Positions 47,840 through 57,286 of a DNA stretch of 64,000 bases are shown one piece after another. A program made the position numbers and the translations under genes. Numbering within the stretch: position 1 is the stretch's first letter; the number at the start of each line of letters is the position of its first letter. Location of the stretch: assembly GCA_044344255.1 (NCBI GenBank), contig JBIJDH010000011.1, forward strand, positions 64,001 through 128,000, in the 5' to 3' direction. The notes below the pieces were generated by a model that saw only the letters and a list, made by a program, of their open reading frames with translations, was not told the DNA's origin and ran no database searches. Source of the DNA: Myxococcota bacterium (GTDB lineage: Bacteria > Myxococcota_A > UBA796 > UBA2385).

Positions 47840-48493
47840 TCAGCCCACGGTCGCCGGCGGGAGCGCGGTGAAGCGCTGGACGAGGCGTTCCTGGCGGTCC
47901 CGGCGGCGGAGCTCGGCCACGAGGATCGACTGGAACTGGTCATGCGCGCTCGACAGGTCGTCATTGACGATCAGGTAGTCGAACTCGCCACAATGTTCGA
48001 GCTGGGAGCGTGCGTCTCGCACGCGGCGCGCGATGATCTCTTCGCTGTCGGTGGAGCGGTGGCGCAGCCTCGCCTCGATCACCTCGATCGAGGGCGGCAA
48101 GACGAAGATCAGCACCGCCTCGGGGAGCGCGGCGCGGACCTGCCGCGCGCCCTGGTAGTCGATCTCGAGCAGGATGCTCTTGCCGGCGGCGAGGGCGGCG
48201 AGCACCGGCGCGCGCGGCGTGCCGTAGCGGTTGCCGTAGACCTCGGCGGACTCGAGCAGCTCCCCCTGCGCGTGGAGGGCGGCGAAGCCAGATTGGTCGA
48301 CGAAGTGGTAGTCCACGCCGTCCTTCTCACCGTTTCGGATGGCGCGGGTGGTCGCGCTCACCGAGAAGCCGAGATCGGGGATGTGCTCGAGGGCGCGCTT
48401 GACGAGGGTGGTCTTGCCGGTCCCGGAGGCGCCGGTGACGACGAAGAGCGCGCCGCGGTCGGGGCGGCTCCAGGAGCGGAGATCGAGGGCCAT
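47840..48493 (-). CDS. gmk: Guanylate kinase
   Basis: GASGTGKTT, SVSATTR..R.GE.DGVDYHF, YGTP, LEIDYQGARQV and FVLPPS. Confidence 0.97.
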   Translation of the reverse strand: MALDLRSWSRPDRGALFVVTGASGTGKTTLVKRALEHIPDLGFSVSATTRAIRNGEKDGVDYHFVDQSGFAALHAQGELLESAEVYGNRYGTPRAPVLAALAAGKSILLEIDYQGARQVRAALPEAVLIFVLPPSIEVIEARLRHRSTDSEEIIARRVRDARSQLEHCGEFDYLIVNDDLSSAHDQFQSILVAELRRRDRQERLVQRFTALPPATVG

Positions 48494-48520
48494 GGAGGTC
48501 TCCCATGCGGGGCCCGGGGG

Positions 48521-49468
48521 CTAACCGGTTCCGCGGCCCACTCGGCAGACCGTCTGCAGCGCGCAGGCCCCGCAGATGGCGTCCACCCGCTCCCGCTTGC
48601 AGGCGCCGCTGATGCCGAGGTGGGCCAGCGCGAAGTCGTAGCGGACGGGGTCTTGGGGATCGAGCCGCCGGAGGGCGGCGGTGATCTCCAAGGCGGTGCG
48701 CCAGGAGTCATCCGAGCGGGAGGTGAGCCCGATCATCTGTCCGATGCGCAGCACGTGGGTGTCCAGCGGGATCACGAGGGCGGCGGGGTCGAGGGCCCAG
48801 AGGCCCAGATCGGGCCAGCCGCGCCGCACCATCCAGCGCAGGAGCATGCACCATCGCTTACACGCCGATCCGTCCTCAGGGCTGTTGAGCATCACGCGGA
48901 AGCCGCGCGGGAGCTCGGCCCAGCCTGCGACGGGCCGCCCGAGCCCCTCCGCGGCCGAGAGGCTGTGCGCCTTCAAGCGCGCGACGCCCCGGGCCAGGGC
49001 CAGGCCGATGTCGGGGCCCCCGGCCGCGGGAGGCTCGGCGGACGGGGCCGGTGAGAGGAAGAGGTCACCCAAGCGGGGGGACTGGCGGAGGGCGTGGCCG
49101 AGGGTGGCGGCCAGCAGCGAGAAGTCTCCCCCCCGCATCCAGCGGTAATAGAGGGGCGCCAACGCCGAGGCACGGGCAGCGTCGAAGCCCTCCACCCAGG
49201 CGCGCGGGCCCCCATGGCGATCCGCCTCGGCGAAGAGGGCGGTGAGGACGGGCCAGAAGGCGGACACGCGGCCGAATGCGAGGGTAGCGGCAAAGACGGC
49301 GGCCACCTCCTGGTCTTCGGGCGCGCTGTAGCGCCGCACGAAGGAGAGGGGGTCGTTCTCCAAGCGCCCCCGCCCGTCGGTGCGCACCAGCAGGGCCTCG
49401 AGGGCCAGCCGGAGCGTGGCGGCGTCGAAGGCCGGGCTGGGCGCGGCTGCAGGCGGAGGGCGAGGCAC
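48521..49468 (-). CDS. TIGR02757/DUF2400-family (HhH-GPD-like) protein
   Basis: DPLSFVRRY, SACKRWCMLLRWMVR, LVIPLDTHV, DPVRYDFAL and a C-terminal Cys cluster. Start approximate. Confidence 0.88.
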   Translation of the reverse strand: MPRPPPAAAPSPAFDAATLRLALEALLVRTDGRGRLENDPLSFVRRYSAPEDQEVAAVFAATLAFGRVSAFWPVLTALFAEADRHGGPRAWVEGFDAARASALAPLYYRWMRGGDFSLLAATLGHALRQSPRLGDLFLSPAPSAEPPAAGGPDIGLALARGVARLKAHSLSAAEGLGRPVAGWAELPRGFRVMLNSPEDGSACKRWCMLLRWMVRRGWPDLGLWALDPAALVIPLDTHVLRIGQMIGLTSRSDDSWRTALEITAALRRLDPQDPVRYDFALAHLGISGACKRERVDAICGACALQTVCRVGRGTG

Positions 49469-49487
49469 CCGGTCGGGTATCCCGCGC

Positions 49488-50189
49488 TCAGCGGGCCCGG
49501 AGGTCGAAGAGCAGCAGCTCCGCCTGCTGACCCCCACCGAGCTCGAGCCTCGCGCCGGCCGGGAAGGCCGCGGCGTCGCCGGCCGACAAGCGCTGGCCGT
49601 TGAGGGAGAGGGCCCCCCGCGCGACGTGCACCCAGGCGACGCGGTCCGGCGCCAGCTCGTGGGCCAGCGCCTCCTCTCCGTCGAGCAGCGCGGCGTAGAG
49701 CAGCGCGTCCTGGTGGACGGTGACGCTACCCTGCCGCCCGTCCGGCGAGGCGACGAGGCAGAGCCGACCTCGCTTGTCGGCGTCTTCGAAGCGGCGTTGC
49801 TCGTAGCCGGGGGCGTGGCCAGCCCGATCGGGCAGGATCCAGATCTGGAGGAAGTGGACCGCCTCCGTCTTCGAGGCGTTGTACTCGGAGTGTCGCACGC
49901 CGGTGCCCGCGCTCATGCGCTGCACGTCGCCGGGGCGGATGATCGAGCCCGTGCCGAGCGAGTCCTTGTGCTCGAGGGCCCCCTGCAGCACATAGGAGAC
50001 AATCTCCATGTCCTGGTGGCCGTGGGTGGGGAAGCCGCCGCCGGGGGCGACGCGGTCCTCGTTGATGACCCGCAGGCTGTGAAAGCCCATCTGGGCGGGG
50101 TCGCGGTAGCCCGCGAAGGAGAAGGTGTGGGCGGAGCGGAGCCAGCCGTGGTCGGCCTGGCCGCGCGCCTCGCTGCGACGGATGAGCAT
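49488..50189 (-). CDS. Pirin-family protein (YhhW-like)
   Basis: RGQADHGWLRSAHTFSFA.Y, LRVINED, GFPTHGHQDMEI, MSAGTGVRHSE and FLQIW. Confidence 0.95.
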   Translation of the reverse strand: MLIRRSEARGQADHGWLRSAHTFSFAGYRDPAQMGFHSLRVINEDRVAPGGGFPTHGHQDMEIVSYVLQGALEHKDSLGTGSIIRPGDVQRMSAGTGVRHSEYNASKTEAVHFLQIWILPDRAGHAPGYEQRRFEDADKRGRLCLVASPDGRQGSVTVHQDALLYAALLDGEEALAHELAPDRVAWVHVARGALSLNGQRLSAGDAAAFPAGARLELGGGQQAELLLFDLRAR

Positions 50190-50301
50190 GGTGAAGTGAC
50201 CTCCGCGCACATCGTAGGCGCAGGCGGAGCGCGGACAGCGGCCCGCTGGCGCAACAGGGCGGCCCGGTCTGAACAACAGCGCCCCGTCAGAACAACTCCG
50301 C

Positions 50302-51126
50302 TCAGCCGGGCGGTGTCGCGCCCGGCTCGGCGCCCCCCTCGTCGGGGAGATCGAGCTCGACCACGTCATCCCCGTCCAGCTCCTCATCGATCTCGTCCTC
50401 ATCGATCTCGTCCTCGTCGCCTCCCCTGCGGGGAGCGCCGGCCACGACGACCGTGATCTCGCCCCGCTTGTCGAGGATGGACACCTGCTCCTGGAGGGCG
50501 GAGAGAGGCCCCCGCAGCACCTTCTCGAAGCGCTTCGTGAGGTCGACGCAGACCGCGGCCTGCCGGTCACCCAAGACCTCCTGCAGCGCGATGAGCAGCC
50601 GCCCGATGCGATGGGGAGACTCAAAGAGGATGAGGGTGTGGGGCGAGCGCCGCTCGCGGGCCAGCTCCCGCCGAACCCGGCCCGGGCGGCGAGGCATGAA
50701 GCCGAGGACGGTGAAGCTGCTCGGCGGGAGCCCGGAGAGGGAGAGGGCCGAGAGCGCGGCCGAGGGGCCGGGGACGGAGGTCATCGGGAGGTCCGCCTCG
50801 ATCACCGCGCGCACCACGTCGTAGCCGGGGTCGCTCACGAGGGGGGTGCCGGCGTCGCTCACGAGGGCCACGTCGATGCCATCCCGGAGCAGGCCCACGA
50901 TGCGGCCGGCGGCGCGGGCCTCGTTGTGGTCATGGCAAGAGAAGTAGTGGCGCGGCCTGGGGATCTGAAGCGCGGAGAGCAGCTTGAGCGTGCGCCGGGT
51001 GTCCTCACAGGCGATGGCCCCCGCCCCGGCGAGCACCTCCCGGAGGCGCGCCGAGACGTCTCCGAGGTGGCCGATGGGGGTGGCGACGAGGGTGAGGCAG
51101 CCAGCTTCGACGGGGGGGATGGCCAC
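50302..51126 (-). CDS. rsmI: 16S rRNA (cytidine1402-2'-O)-methyltransferase
   Basis: LVATPIGHLGD, ACEDTR, LVSDAGTPLVSDPG, VPGPSA, FESPHR and LTKRFE. Acidic C-tail. GGAGG SD before GTG 51126. Confidence 0.95.
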   Translation of the reverse strand: MAIPPVEAGCLTLVATPIGHLGDVSARLREVLAGAGAIACEDTRRTLKLLSALQIPRPRHYFSCHDHNEARAAGRIVGLLRDGIDVALVSDAGTPLVSDPGYDVVRAVIEADLPMTSVPGPSAALSALSLSGLPPSSFTVLGFMPRRPGRVRRELARERRSPHTLILFESPHRIGRLLIALQEVLGDRQAAVCVDLTKRFEKVLRGPLSALQEQVSILDKRGEITVVVAGAPRRGGDEDEIDEDEIDEELDGDDVVELDLPDEGGAEPGATPPG

Positions 51127-51227
51127 GTGGCCTCCTGTCGCGAGGGGGAGCGCCCCCGTAGCCCGCGGGAGGCGGGGCGCGCCCCTGCGACCGCACCGCG
51201 ACGCGCCCCCGGGGACCGCCGAGGCGC

Positions 51228-52031
51228 TCAGCGCAGGCGAAAGGTGACACCGAGGCGGAAGCTCGCGCGCATGGGCCGGCCATCGGCGCCACGGGCGGGG
51301 GAGAAGCGCCACTGCGAGGCCGCTTCTTCCACGGCTGCGTGGTAGAGGGCGGGGCAGCCCTCTACGGTGACCGTCTCGGGGATGCCCTCGCGGTCGATGA
51401 CGAAGCGGACCACGCAGCGCTGGGGCCCACTGCCGAGCACGCGGGCGGCGGCGGGGAAGCGGGGCTCGACCCGAGACAGGGGCACGACGGCGGAGCTGTG
51501 GACAAGCATCGGGGCCCCACCACCGCCGTCTCCGCCGCCTCCGCCGTCTCCGCCGCCTCCGCCGTCCCCGCCGCCTCCGCCGTCCCCGCCGTCCCCGCCG
51601 TCCCCGCCGTCCCCGCCGTCCCCGCCGTCCCCGCCGTCCCCGCCGTCCCCGCCGCCCTCGGGGGCGGGCGACGCGCCCGAGAGCGCGAGGGCGGCAGGCG
51701 CGGAGGGGAGGGCCGTGAGCGCGGTGAGGGTCGGCGCGGACTCGGGGGCCGCGGCGGGAGCTCCCGCGGGGCGAGCGCGGACCGCAGGGCTCCGGCGAGG
51801 CAGGCGGGCCGGGGCCGCCGGTCTCCCTTCGGGGGGCCCCGGGCTGCGGGCCTCGAAGAGCACGACGGCGACGGCCTCGACGGGGTCGTCCTGCCTCACG
51901 GCCTGCCGCCCGGCCACCACCAAGCCGAGGCCCAGCAGGACCAGCGAGGCCTCGAGCCCGACGGACAGGAGGAGGGCCCGACGGCGGTCGGCGGCGGGGA
52001 GGACGGCGGTGCGCGCGACGGAGTCAAACAT
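51228..52031 (-). CDS. TonB-family energy transducer (N-terminal TM, linker, TonB_C domain)
   Basis: N-terminal TM helix, then PRFPAAARVLG...VVRFVIDREG...AVEEAASQWRFSPA. The linker contains GGD repeats. Confidence 0.8.
   Translation of the reverse strand: MFDSVARTAVLPAADRRRALLLSVGLEASLVLLGLGLVVAGRQAVRQDDPVEAVAVVLFEARSPGPPEGRPAAPARLPRRSPAVRARPAGAPAAAPESAPTLTALTALPSAPAALALSGASPAPEGGGDGGDGGDGGDGGDGGDGGDGGDGGGGGDGGGGGDGGGGGDGGGGAPMLVHSSAVVPLSRVEPRFPAAARVLGSGPQRCVVRFVIDREGIPETVTVEGCPALYHAAVEEAASQWRFSPARGADGRPMRASFRLGVTFRLR
51517..51657 (-). repeat. 9-bp coding repeat encoding (GGD/GGG)n
   Basis: About 15 units of ccgccgtcc/ccgccgcct on the plus strand. Confidence 0.95.
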
Positions 52032-52081
52032 GCCCACTGGGTGGGCGGCTCCCGGGGCGGCGTAAACGAGCCGCCCGAGAA

Positions 52082-53503
52082 TCACCGTGTCGCCTCCCGC
52101 GTCGCCAGCGGCGGCTCCCAGCGGGCGACGAGGTCAGACCGGGGCACCGCGGCGATCGCCGCCCCCCGCGGCCCTCGCGGCCCGTCGGGGCCGAGGAGGC
52201 GGAGGGTGAGGTCTCCGCCAGCGGGGACCTGGAGGGAGAAGGCCCCCCTCTGCACGAGGGCCGAGGCGACGGGCTCATCTGGATCGGGGGCGTCCATCGC
52301 CGGGTAGGCCACCACTCGGAGCGGACCCTCCCCCCTGGGGACGGCCTCCACCACGCCCGACCAGGTCACGAGCGCCAAGGGGGGCGCAGCGTCCACGCGA
52401 CCCTCCGCGAAGGATCGCGCGCACCGGAAGCCGGTGGGGCGCTCCGGGACGAGGTCCGGCACCCGCTGCGACACCCGCAGGCTGGAGGAGGGGCTCTCCC
52501 AGCCACCGCCGCGCAGGGTGTGGACCTCGCCGTGGGCCGGCCCGACGGGGTCCACGCGCCCGCTCGCCGCGTAGACCGAGGGGCTGTAGACGTCGGCGAC
52601 GTGCTCCCACACGTTCCCGGCGAGGTGGAGGTGGCCGTAGGGGCCGGGCCCTCGGCTGTCCTCGTCCACCGCGACCGCCCCGCCGACACAGAGCAGGGGC
52701 TCCCCTCCCTCGATCAAGCAGTGATTGGCCGCCTCGCAGCTCGGGCCGGCGGCGCCCCACGGGTAGGGACGGAAGTCGGAGGGCTCACAGTGCCCAGGGT
52801 CCGATCCCCGCTCACAGCCGCCGCGAGCCGCCTTCTCCCAGGCGGCCTCGGAGGGGAGCACCTGTCCTCGCGCGGCGCAGTAGTCGGTGGCCTCACGCCA
52901 GGTGACACCCTCCGCGGGGAGGCGCTCTTCGGCCGAGGGGAGGCTCCCATCGGCGGCGGGGCGACGCGCCGCGCCGCCCGCGGGCCTCCGATCTCCAAGC
53001 CAGGCCCGATAGTCTCGCGCCCGCACCTCGGTGACGTCGAGGCACCAAGGGCCGAGCTCGACCACGGAGACCGGCCCCTCGTCGGCGGAGGCCATCGGGG
53101 AGACGCTCCCCATCAGGAAGGGCCCGGCCGGCACCGCCCGCTCGGTCGCGGGGGTGACGGCGGGGTCGGCGTCATCACAGTCGAGGGACTGGGGATCTGC
53201 GCCCGGGCAGGCGGCAGCGCTCGGGAAGCCATCCTGGTCCGCGTCCGGACAGTCCGCCGACGGCGCCGGCGGCGGGCTCACCACGACCATCAGCTCCTCC
53301 CTCCACGAGCTGCCGCGCTCTTCGGCCCGCGCTCGCCGCACGGGCGCCCGGGGCGGGCCGCTCTCCTCAGCGGTGCGACCGACCAGTCGACCGACGATCC
53401 GAGGCTCCGGGCGCGCCTCTTCCGCGCAGGCGAAGGCCAGACATAGGCCGAGCCGCAGGCAGAGCCAGAGGAGAGGGCCGACAGAGGGTCCGATGGGGCG
53501 CAT
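52082..53503 (-). CDS. Secreted FGE/SUMF1-domain protein with one MopE-like motif
   Basis: DADQDGF..DCDDADPAVTP, VPAGPFLMG, LPSEAAWEKAARG, YPWG, LAGNVWE and RGGGW...GFRCA. Confidence 0.85.
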   Translation of the reverse strand: MRPIGPSVGPLLWLCLRLGLCLAFACAEEARPEPRIVGRLVGRTAEESGPPRAPVRRARAEERGSSWREELMVVVSPPPAPSADCPDADQDGFPSAAACPGADPQSLDCDDADPAVTPATERAVPAGPFLMGSVSPMASADEGPVSVVELGPWCLDVTEVRARDYRAWLGDRRPAGGAARRPAADGSLPSAEERLPAEGVTWREATDYCAARGQVLPSEAAWEKAARGGCERGSDPGHCEPSDFRPYPWGAAGPSCEAANHCLIEGGEPLLCVGGAVAVDEDSRGPGPYGHLHLAGNVWEHVADVYSPSVYAASGRVDPVGPAHGEVHTLRGGGWESPSSSLRVSQRVPDLVPERPTGFRCARSFAEGRVDAAPPLALVTWSGVVEAVPRGEGPLRVVAYPAMDAPDPDEPVASALVQRGAFSLQVPAGGDLTLRLLGPDGPRGPRGAAIAAVPRSDLVARWEPPLATREATR

Positions 53504-53626
53504 CGAGGGACGGTACCACGCCCCCAAACTGAGCCCGCCTCTTCACCGTTCCGAGGTGAATCGCTGTATGCTCAGAGCGTTACGCGTCGATCACACCCTC
53601 GAGGAGTCTGGATAGCTTCCGCGTCG

Positions 53627-56600
53627 ATGGCACCAGACACCGCCCACGAGGCCCAACCGCTCGCGGTGGGGCCGTTTGACCTCCACCAGCCCCTCGCACG
53701 CGGCGCGATGGGAGAGGTGTGGGAGGGCGTGCTTCGGTCTCGCGGGATGCCGGTCGCGGTCAAGGTGCTGATCGACACCAGCGCCCGCGATCCTTGGGCC
53801 CGCGAGGCCTTCGCCAACGAGGTGCTCGCCGCCGCGGGCCTCACGCACCCCAACATCGTCTCCGTGCTCGATCACGGGACCATCTCCGACGAAGCGGCCC
53901 TGGCCTCCGCCGGGCGACTGCCCGCGGGGAGCCCCTTCCTGGCGATGCCCCTCATCCGCGGTCAGGCCCTGCACTCGCTGGCGGGCCAGCTCACCTGGGA
54001 GTCGCTCAAGGACATCCTCCTCCAGCTCTTGAGCGCCCTCGCCCACAGCCACTCCCGCGGCGTCATCCACCGCGACCTCAAGCCGGGCAACGTGCTGCTC
54101 GAAGAGGCGGTCGACCGACAAGGCCGGCTCCGCCACCGGGTGTGCATCACCGACTTCGGGCTCGCCCAAGCCCTCGACCGCGCCAGCAACGCCGATCGTG
54201 TGGTCGCCGGCACCCCCGCCTACATGGCCCCGGAGCAGCTCCAAGGCGACTGGCGAGATCAGGGCCCCTGGACCGACCTCTACTCTCTCGGCTGCCTCGG
54301 CTGGGCGGTCTCCACAGGTGCTCCTCCCTTCGGTCGAAAGCGGAGCTTCGCCGAATTCTGTCACGACCACTTCCACATGCCGCCGCCGCCGTTCCTGCCG
54401 CTCTTGGACGTCCCCGCCGACTTCGAGGCCTGGCTCTGCCGCCTGCTCCAGAAGCGCCCCGGCGACCGCTACACCCGCGCGGCGGACGCCTCCTGGGGCC
54501 TCATCGGGCTCGGCCCGCCGGTCGCGGCCTCCGGCGTCGCGGCCTCAGCGGGGCGCGCGCCCTCTCCCCTCGGGGACGCCGCCACCGGCAAGCCAGGGGC
54601 GCAGGCCGAGAAGGAGAGCGACACCCTCCCGCAGCCGGGAGCACGCCTGGCTCCGCCCCCCGAGGTCTCTACCCGCGTCCTCCCGGACGGGGCCGCCGCG
54701 GCCGCCGCGAGCGCCCCGTCGGACGCCCCCTACTCCCTCCCCTGGACCACGCCGCCCCTCGCCGCCGATCGCAACCCCATCCCGCGCTCTTGGTGGCGCG
54801 GCGCGGACTGGCCCGATCCCCCCCGCTTCGAGGGCGTCGGCCTCAGCCTCTACGATCTGCGCGCCGTGCCGATCGTCAACCGGGAGCGCGAGCGCACGCT
54901 GCTCTGGGAGGCGCTCAAGCGGGTGGAGGACAGCGGCAACGTCGAGGTGGTCATCCTCATCGGCCCCGAGGGCAGCGGGAAGAGCCGCCTCGCCGAGTGG
55001 CTCTGTGAGCGGGGCCATGAGGTGGGGGCCGCCACCGTCCTCCACGCCGAGCACAGCCTCGGTGAGTCAGCCGGCACCGGCATCGGCCCCATGCTCACCC
55101 GCTACTTCCGGAGCGCCGGGCTCAGCCGAACGGAGGTCGAAGAGCGGCTGGCCCGCTCGACCTACCGCGCCGACCGCCAGTCCGAGGACGAGCGCCTCGC
55201 GGTGGCCGAGCTCATCTGCCCGGCCACGGAGGCCGACGTGCAGCGCGGCGCCCGGGTCATCCAGATCCAGGACGCCGCCGAGCGTAACGTCCTCGTGCAG
55301 CGCCTCATCGACCGTATCTCCACCGAGGAGGGGGGCGGCGACCGCACCCGCCCGGTGGTGCTGTGGGGAGACGCCGCCCAGTGGGGCCCCGACCTGCTGG
55401 CCTTCGTCGTCCAGCTCCTCCAGACCCGCCGCTCCATCCCCACCCGGGTCCTCGTCCTGCTCACCGTCGAGGAGGCCGCGCTGGCGGCCGCGCCGACGGA
55501 GCAGCGGGTCATCGAGGCGATACAAGGGCAGCCGGGGGTCAGCACCATCGATGTGGGCCCGCTCGATCGGGACCATCAGCGGATGCTCGTCGAAGACCTG
55601 CTCGGCATGGACAGCGAGCTCGTCGATCTCGTCACCGACCGCACCGCCGGGAACCCCCTGTTCGCCGTGCACCTCGTCGGGGACTGGGTGGCCAAGCGGG
55701 TGCTCGAGCCAGGGCCTCGCGGCTTCACCTTGCGGGCGGGGGTCGAGGTGCGCCTGCCCGACGACCTGCACGCCGTCTGGCAGAGCCGGGCCACCCAGCT
55801 GCTCCGCGGCCTCCCCGACGCCGAGGCGCTGGCCTTGGAGGTGGCGGCCTTCCTCGGCGTGAAGGTCGATCGGAGCGAGTGGGAGGCGGCTTGCTTGCTG
55901 GCCCGGGCCCGACCGGCACAGCCGATCCTCTCGCGGCTCATCTCGGAGCGCCTCGCCCGCGTCGATCGGGCCGACGGGAGCTGGAGCTTCGCCCACCCGA
56001 TGCTCCGAGAGGCGCTGGAGCGGCGCGCCGTAGAGCAGGGCCGCGGTCCGCGCCACCACCAGGCCATCGCCAGGATGTTGCGGGAGCGCCACAGCCCCGG
56101 TCGCGGCAACGGTGATCGGATCGCCCACCACCTGCTCGAGGCGGGCCAGCGGGTCGCCGCGCTGGCCTGGCTGCTCCAGGCCGCGCAGGAGGCCAACCGC
56201 AGCGGAGAGGCCGCGGCGACCGAGCGCCTCCTCGAGCGGCGGGAGCGGGCCATGCAGCGGATCCCCGTCTCGCCGGACGACCCGCAGTGGGCGGAGGGCT
56301 GGGTCCTCCGCGCCGATCTCCTCCGCATCATGGGCCGACACGCAGAGGCCCTCCCTTGGGCAGAACGGGCGCTCACCCTCGCTCGAACGCATGGGTGGAC
56401 CAAGATCATCGCCCAAGCTCTGCATATCAAGGCCATCCTGCACTACCACCGGGGCAGCGCGCCGAAGGCCTGGCGGTGGCTCCGGCAGGCCGAGGTCCTG
56501 GCCGAGAGCGTGGGCGATCGGACCCTCCTCGGCCACCTCCGCCGAGAGCTGGGCCGGATCCTCATCGAGCGCGGTCGCCTGGACCGCGCCACCGCGGTGC

Positions 56601-57286
56601 TCGAGTCCGCCCGCTCCGACTTCGAGCTCGCCGGCGACGAGCGCGGCGAGGCCGAGGCCCTGCTGCTGCTCGGCCGGGTGGCCAAGCAGGGCGGCGAGCT
56701 CGTCCCCGCCCACGCCCACTTCGAGCGGGCCCTCGACATCTTCGAGCGCACGGGCACCCGCAACGGGATGGCCAACTGCACCAACGAGCTCGGGGAGGTG
56801 GCCCGACTGTCCGGCGACCTCGCGAGCGCGCTGGCGTACTACGAAGACGCGCTCGGCCGCTGGGAGGAGCTCGGCTCGGACAACAGCGCCATCGTGCGCC
56901 TCAACCTCGGCCTCGTCCTGCAGCGGCATGACCGCTACGTGGCGTCCCGCGAGATGATTGAGGAGGCGCTCTCCGCCTTCGAGCTCACCGAGCACGCCGC
57001 GATGATCGGCATCGCACACTGCACGCTGCTGCCCTGCTGCGCAGCGCTGCACGACTGGGCCGCCTGGGACGAGCACCTCAACCTCGGCCGCTGGCGGCTC
57101 GCCGACACCGGCTACATCGACCAGGACATCGCCGAGGCCGCCACAGAGGGGGCGCGCCTCGCCCTCGCCGCCGGAGAGGCCGAGCGGGCTCAACAGGCCC
57201 TCCAGCTCGCCGCCGGCCAGCTGCGCTCCCTCGACCGCCCGGAGGCCCTGCGGGCGGTCCTCGCGCTCGCTGAATCGCTCGGGTGA
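53627..57286 (+). CDS. Ser/Thr kinase + STAND-like P-loop ATPase + TPR protein
   Basis: HRDLKPGN, DFG and GTPAYMAPE, then GPEGSGKSRL, TAGNPLFA, FAHPMLRE and C-terminal TPRs. Confidence 0.93.
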   Translation: MAPDTAHEAQPLAVGPFDLHQPLARGAMGEVWEGVLRSRGMPVAVKVLIDTSARDPWAREAFANEVLAAAGLTHPNIVSVLDHGTISDEAALASAGRLPAGSPFLAMPLIRGQALHSLAGQLTWESLKDILLQLLSALAHSHSRGVIHRDLKPGNVLLEEAVDRQGRLRHRVCITDFGLAQALDRASNADRVVAGTPAYMAPEQLQGDWRDQGPWTDLYSLGCLGWAVSTGAPPFGRKRSFAEFCHDHFHMPPPPFLPLLDVPADFEAWLCRLLQKRPGDRYTRAADASWGLIGLGPPVAASGVAASAGRAPSPLGDAATGKPGAQAEKESDTLPQPGARLAPPPEVSTRVLPDGAAAAAASAPSDAPYSLPWTTPPLAADRNPIPRSWWRGADWPDPPRFEGVGLSLYDLRAVPIVNRERERTLLWEALKRVEDSGNVEVVILIGPEGSGKSRLAEWLCERGHEVGAATVLHAEHSLGESAGTGIGPMLTRYFRSAGLSRTEVEERLARSTYRADRQSEDERLAVAELICPATEADVQRGARVIQIQDAAERNVLVQRLIDRISTEEGGGDRTRPVVLWGDAAQWGPDLLAFVVQLLQTRRSIPTRVLVLLTVEEAALAAAPTEQRVIEAIQGQPGVSTIDVGPLDRDHQRMLVEDLLGMDSELVDLVTDRTAGNPLFAVHLVGDWVAKRVLEPGPRGFTLRAGVEVRLPDDLHAVWQSRATQLLRGLPDAEALALEVAAFLGVKVDRSEWEAACLLARARPAQPILSRLISERLARVDRADGSWSFAHPMLREALERRAVEQGRGPRHHQAIARMLRERHSPGRGNGDRIAHHLLEAGQRVAALAWLLQAAQEANRSGEAAATERLLERRERAMQRIPVSPDDPQWAEGWVLRADLLRIMGRHAEALPWAERALTLARTHGWTKIIAQALHIKAILHYHRGSAPKAWRWLRQAEVLAESVGDRTLLGHLRRELGRILIERGRLDRATAVLESARSDFELAGDERGEAEALLLLGRVAKQGGELVPAHAHFERALDIFERTGTRNGMANCTNELGEVARLSGDLASALAYYEDALGRWEELGSDNSAIVRLNLGLVLQRHDRYVASREMIEEALSAFELTEHAAMIGIAHCTLLPCCAALHDWAAWDEHLNLGRWRLADTGYIDQDIAEAATEGARLALAAGEAERAQQALQLAAGQLRSLDRPEALRAVLALAESLG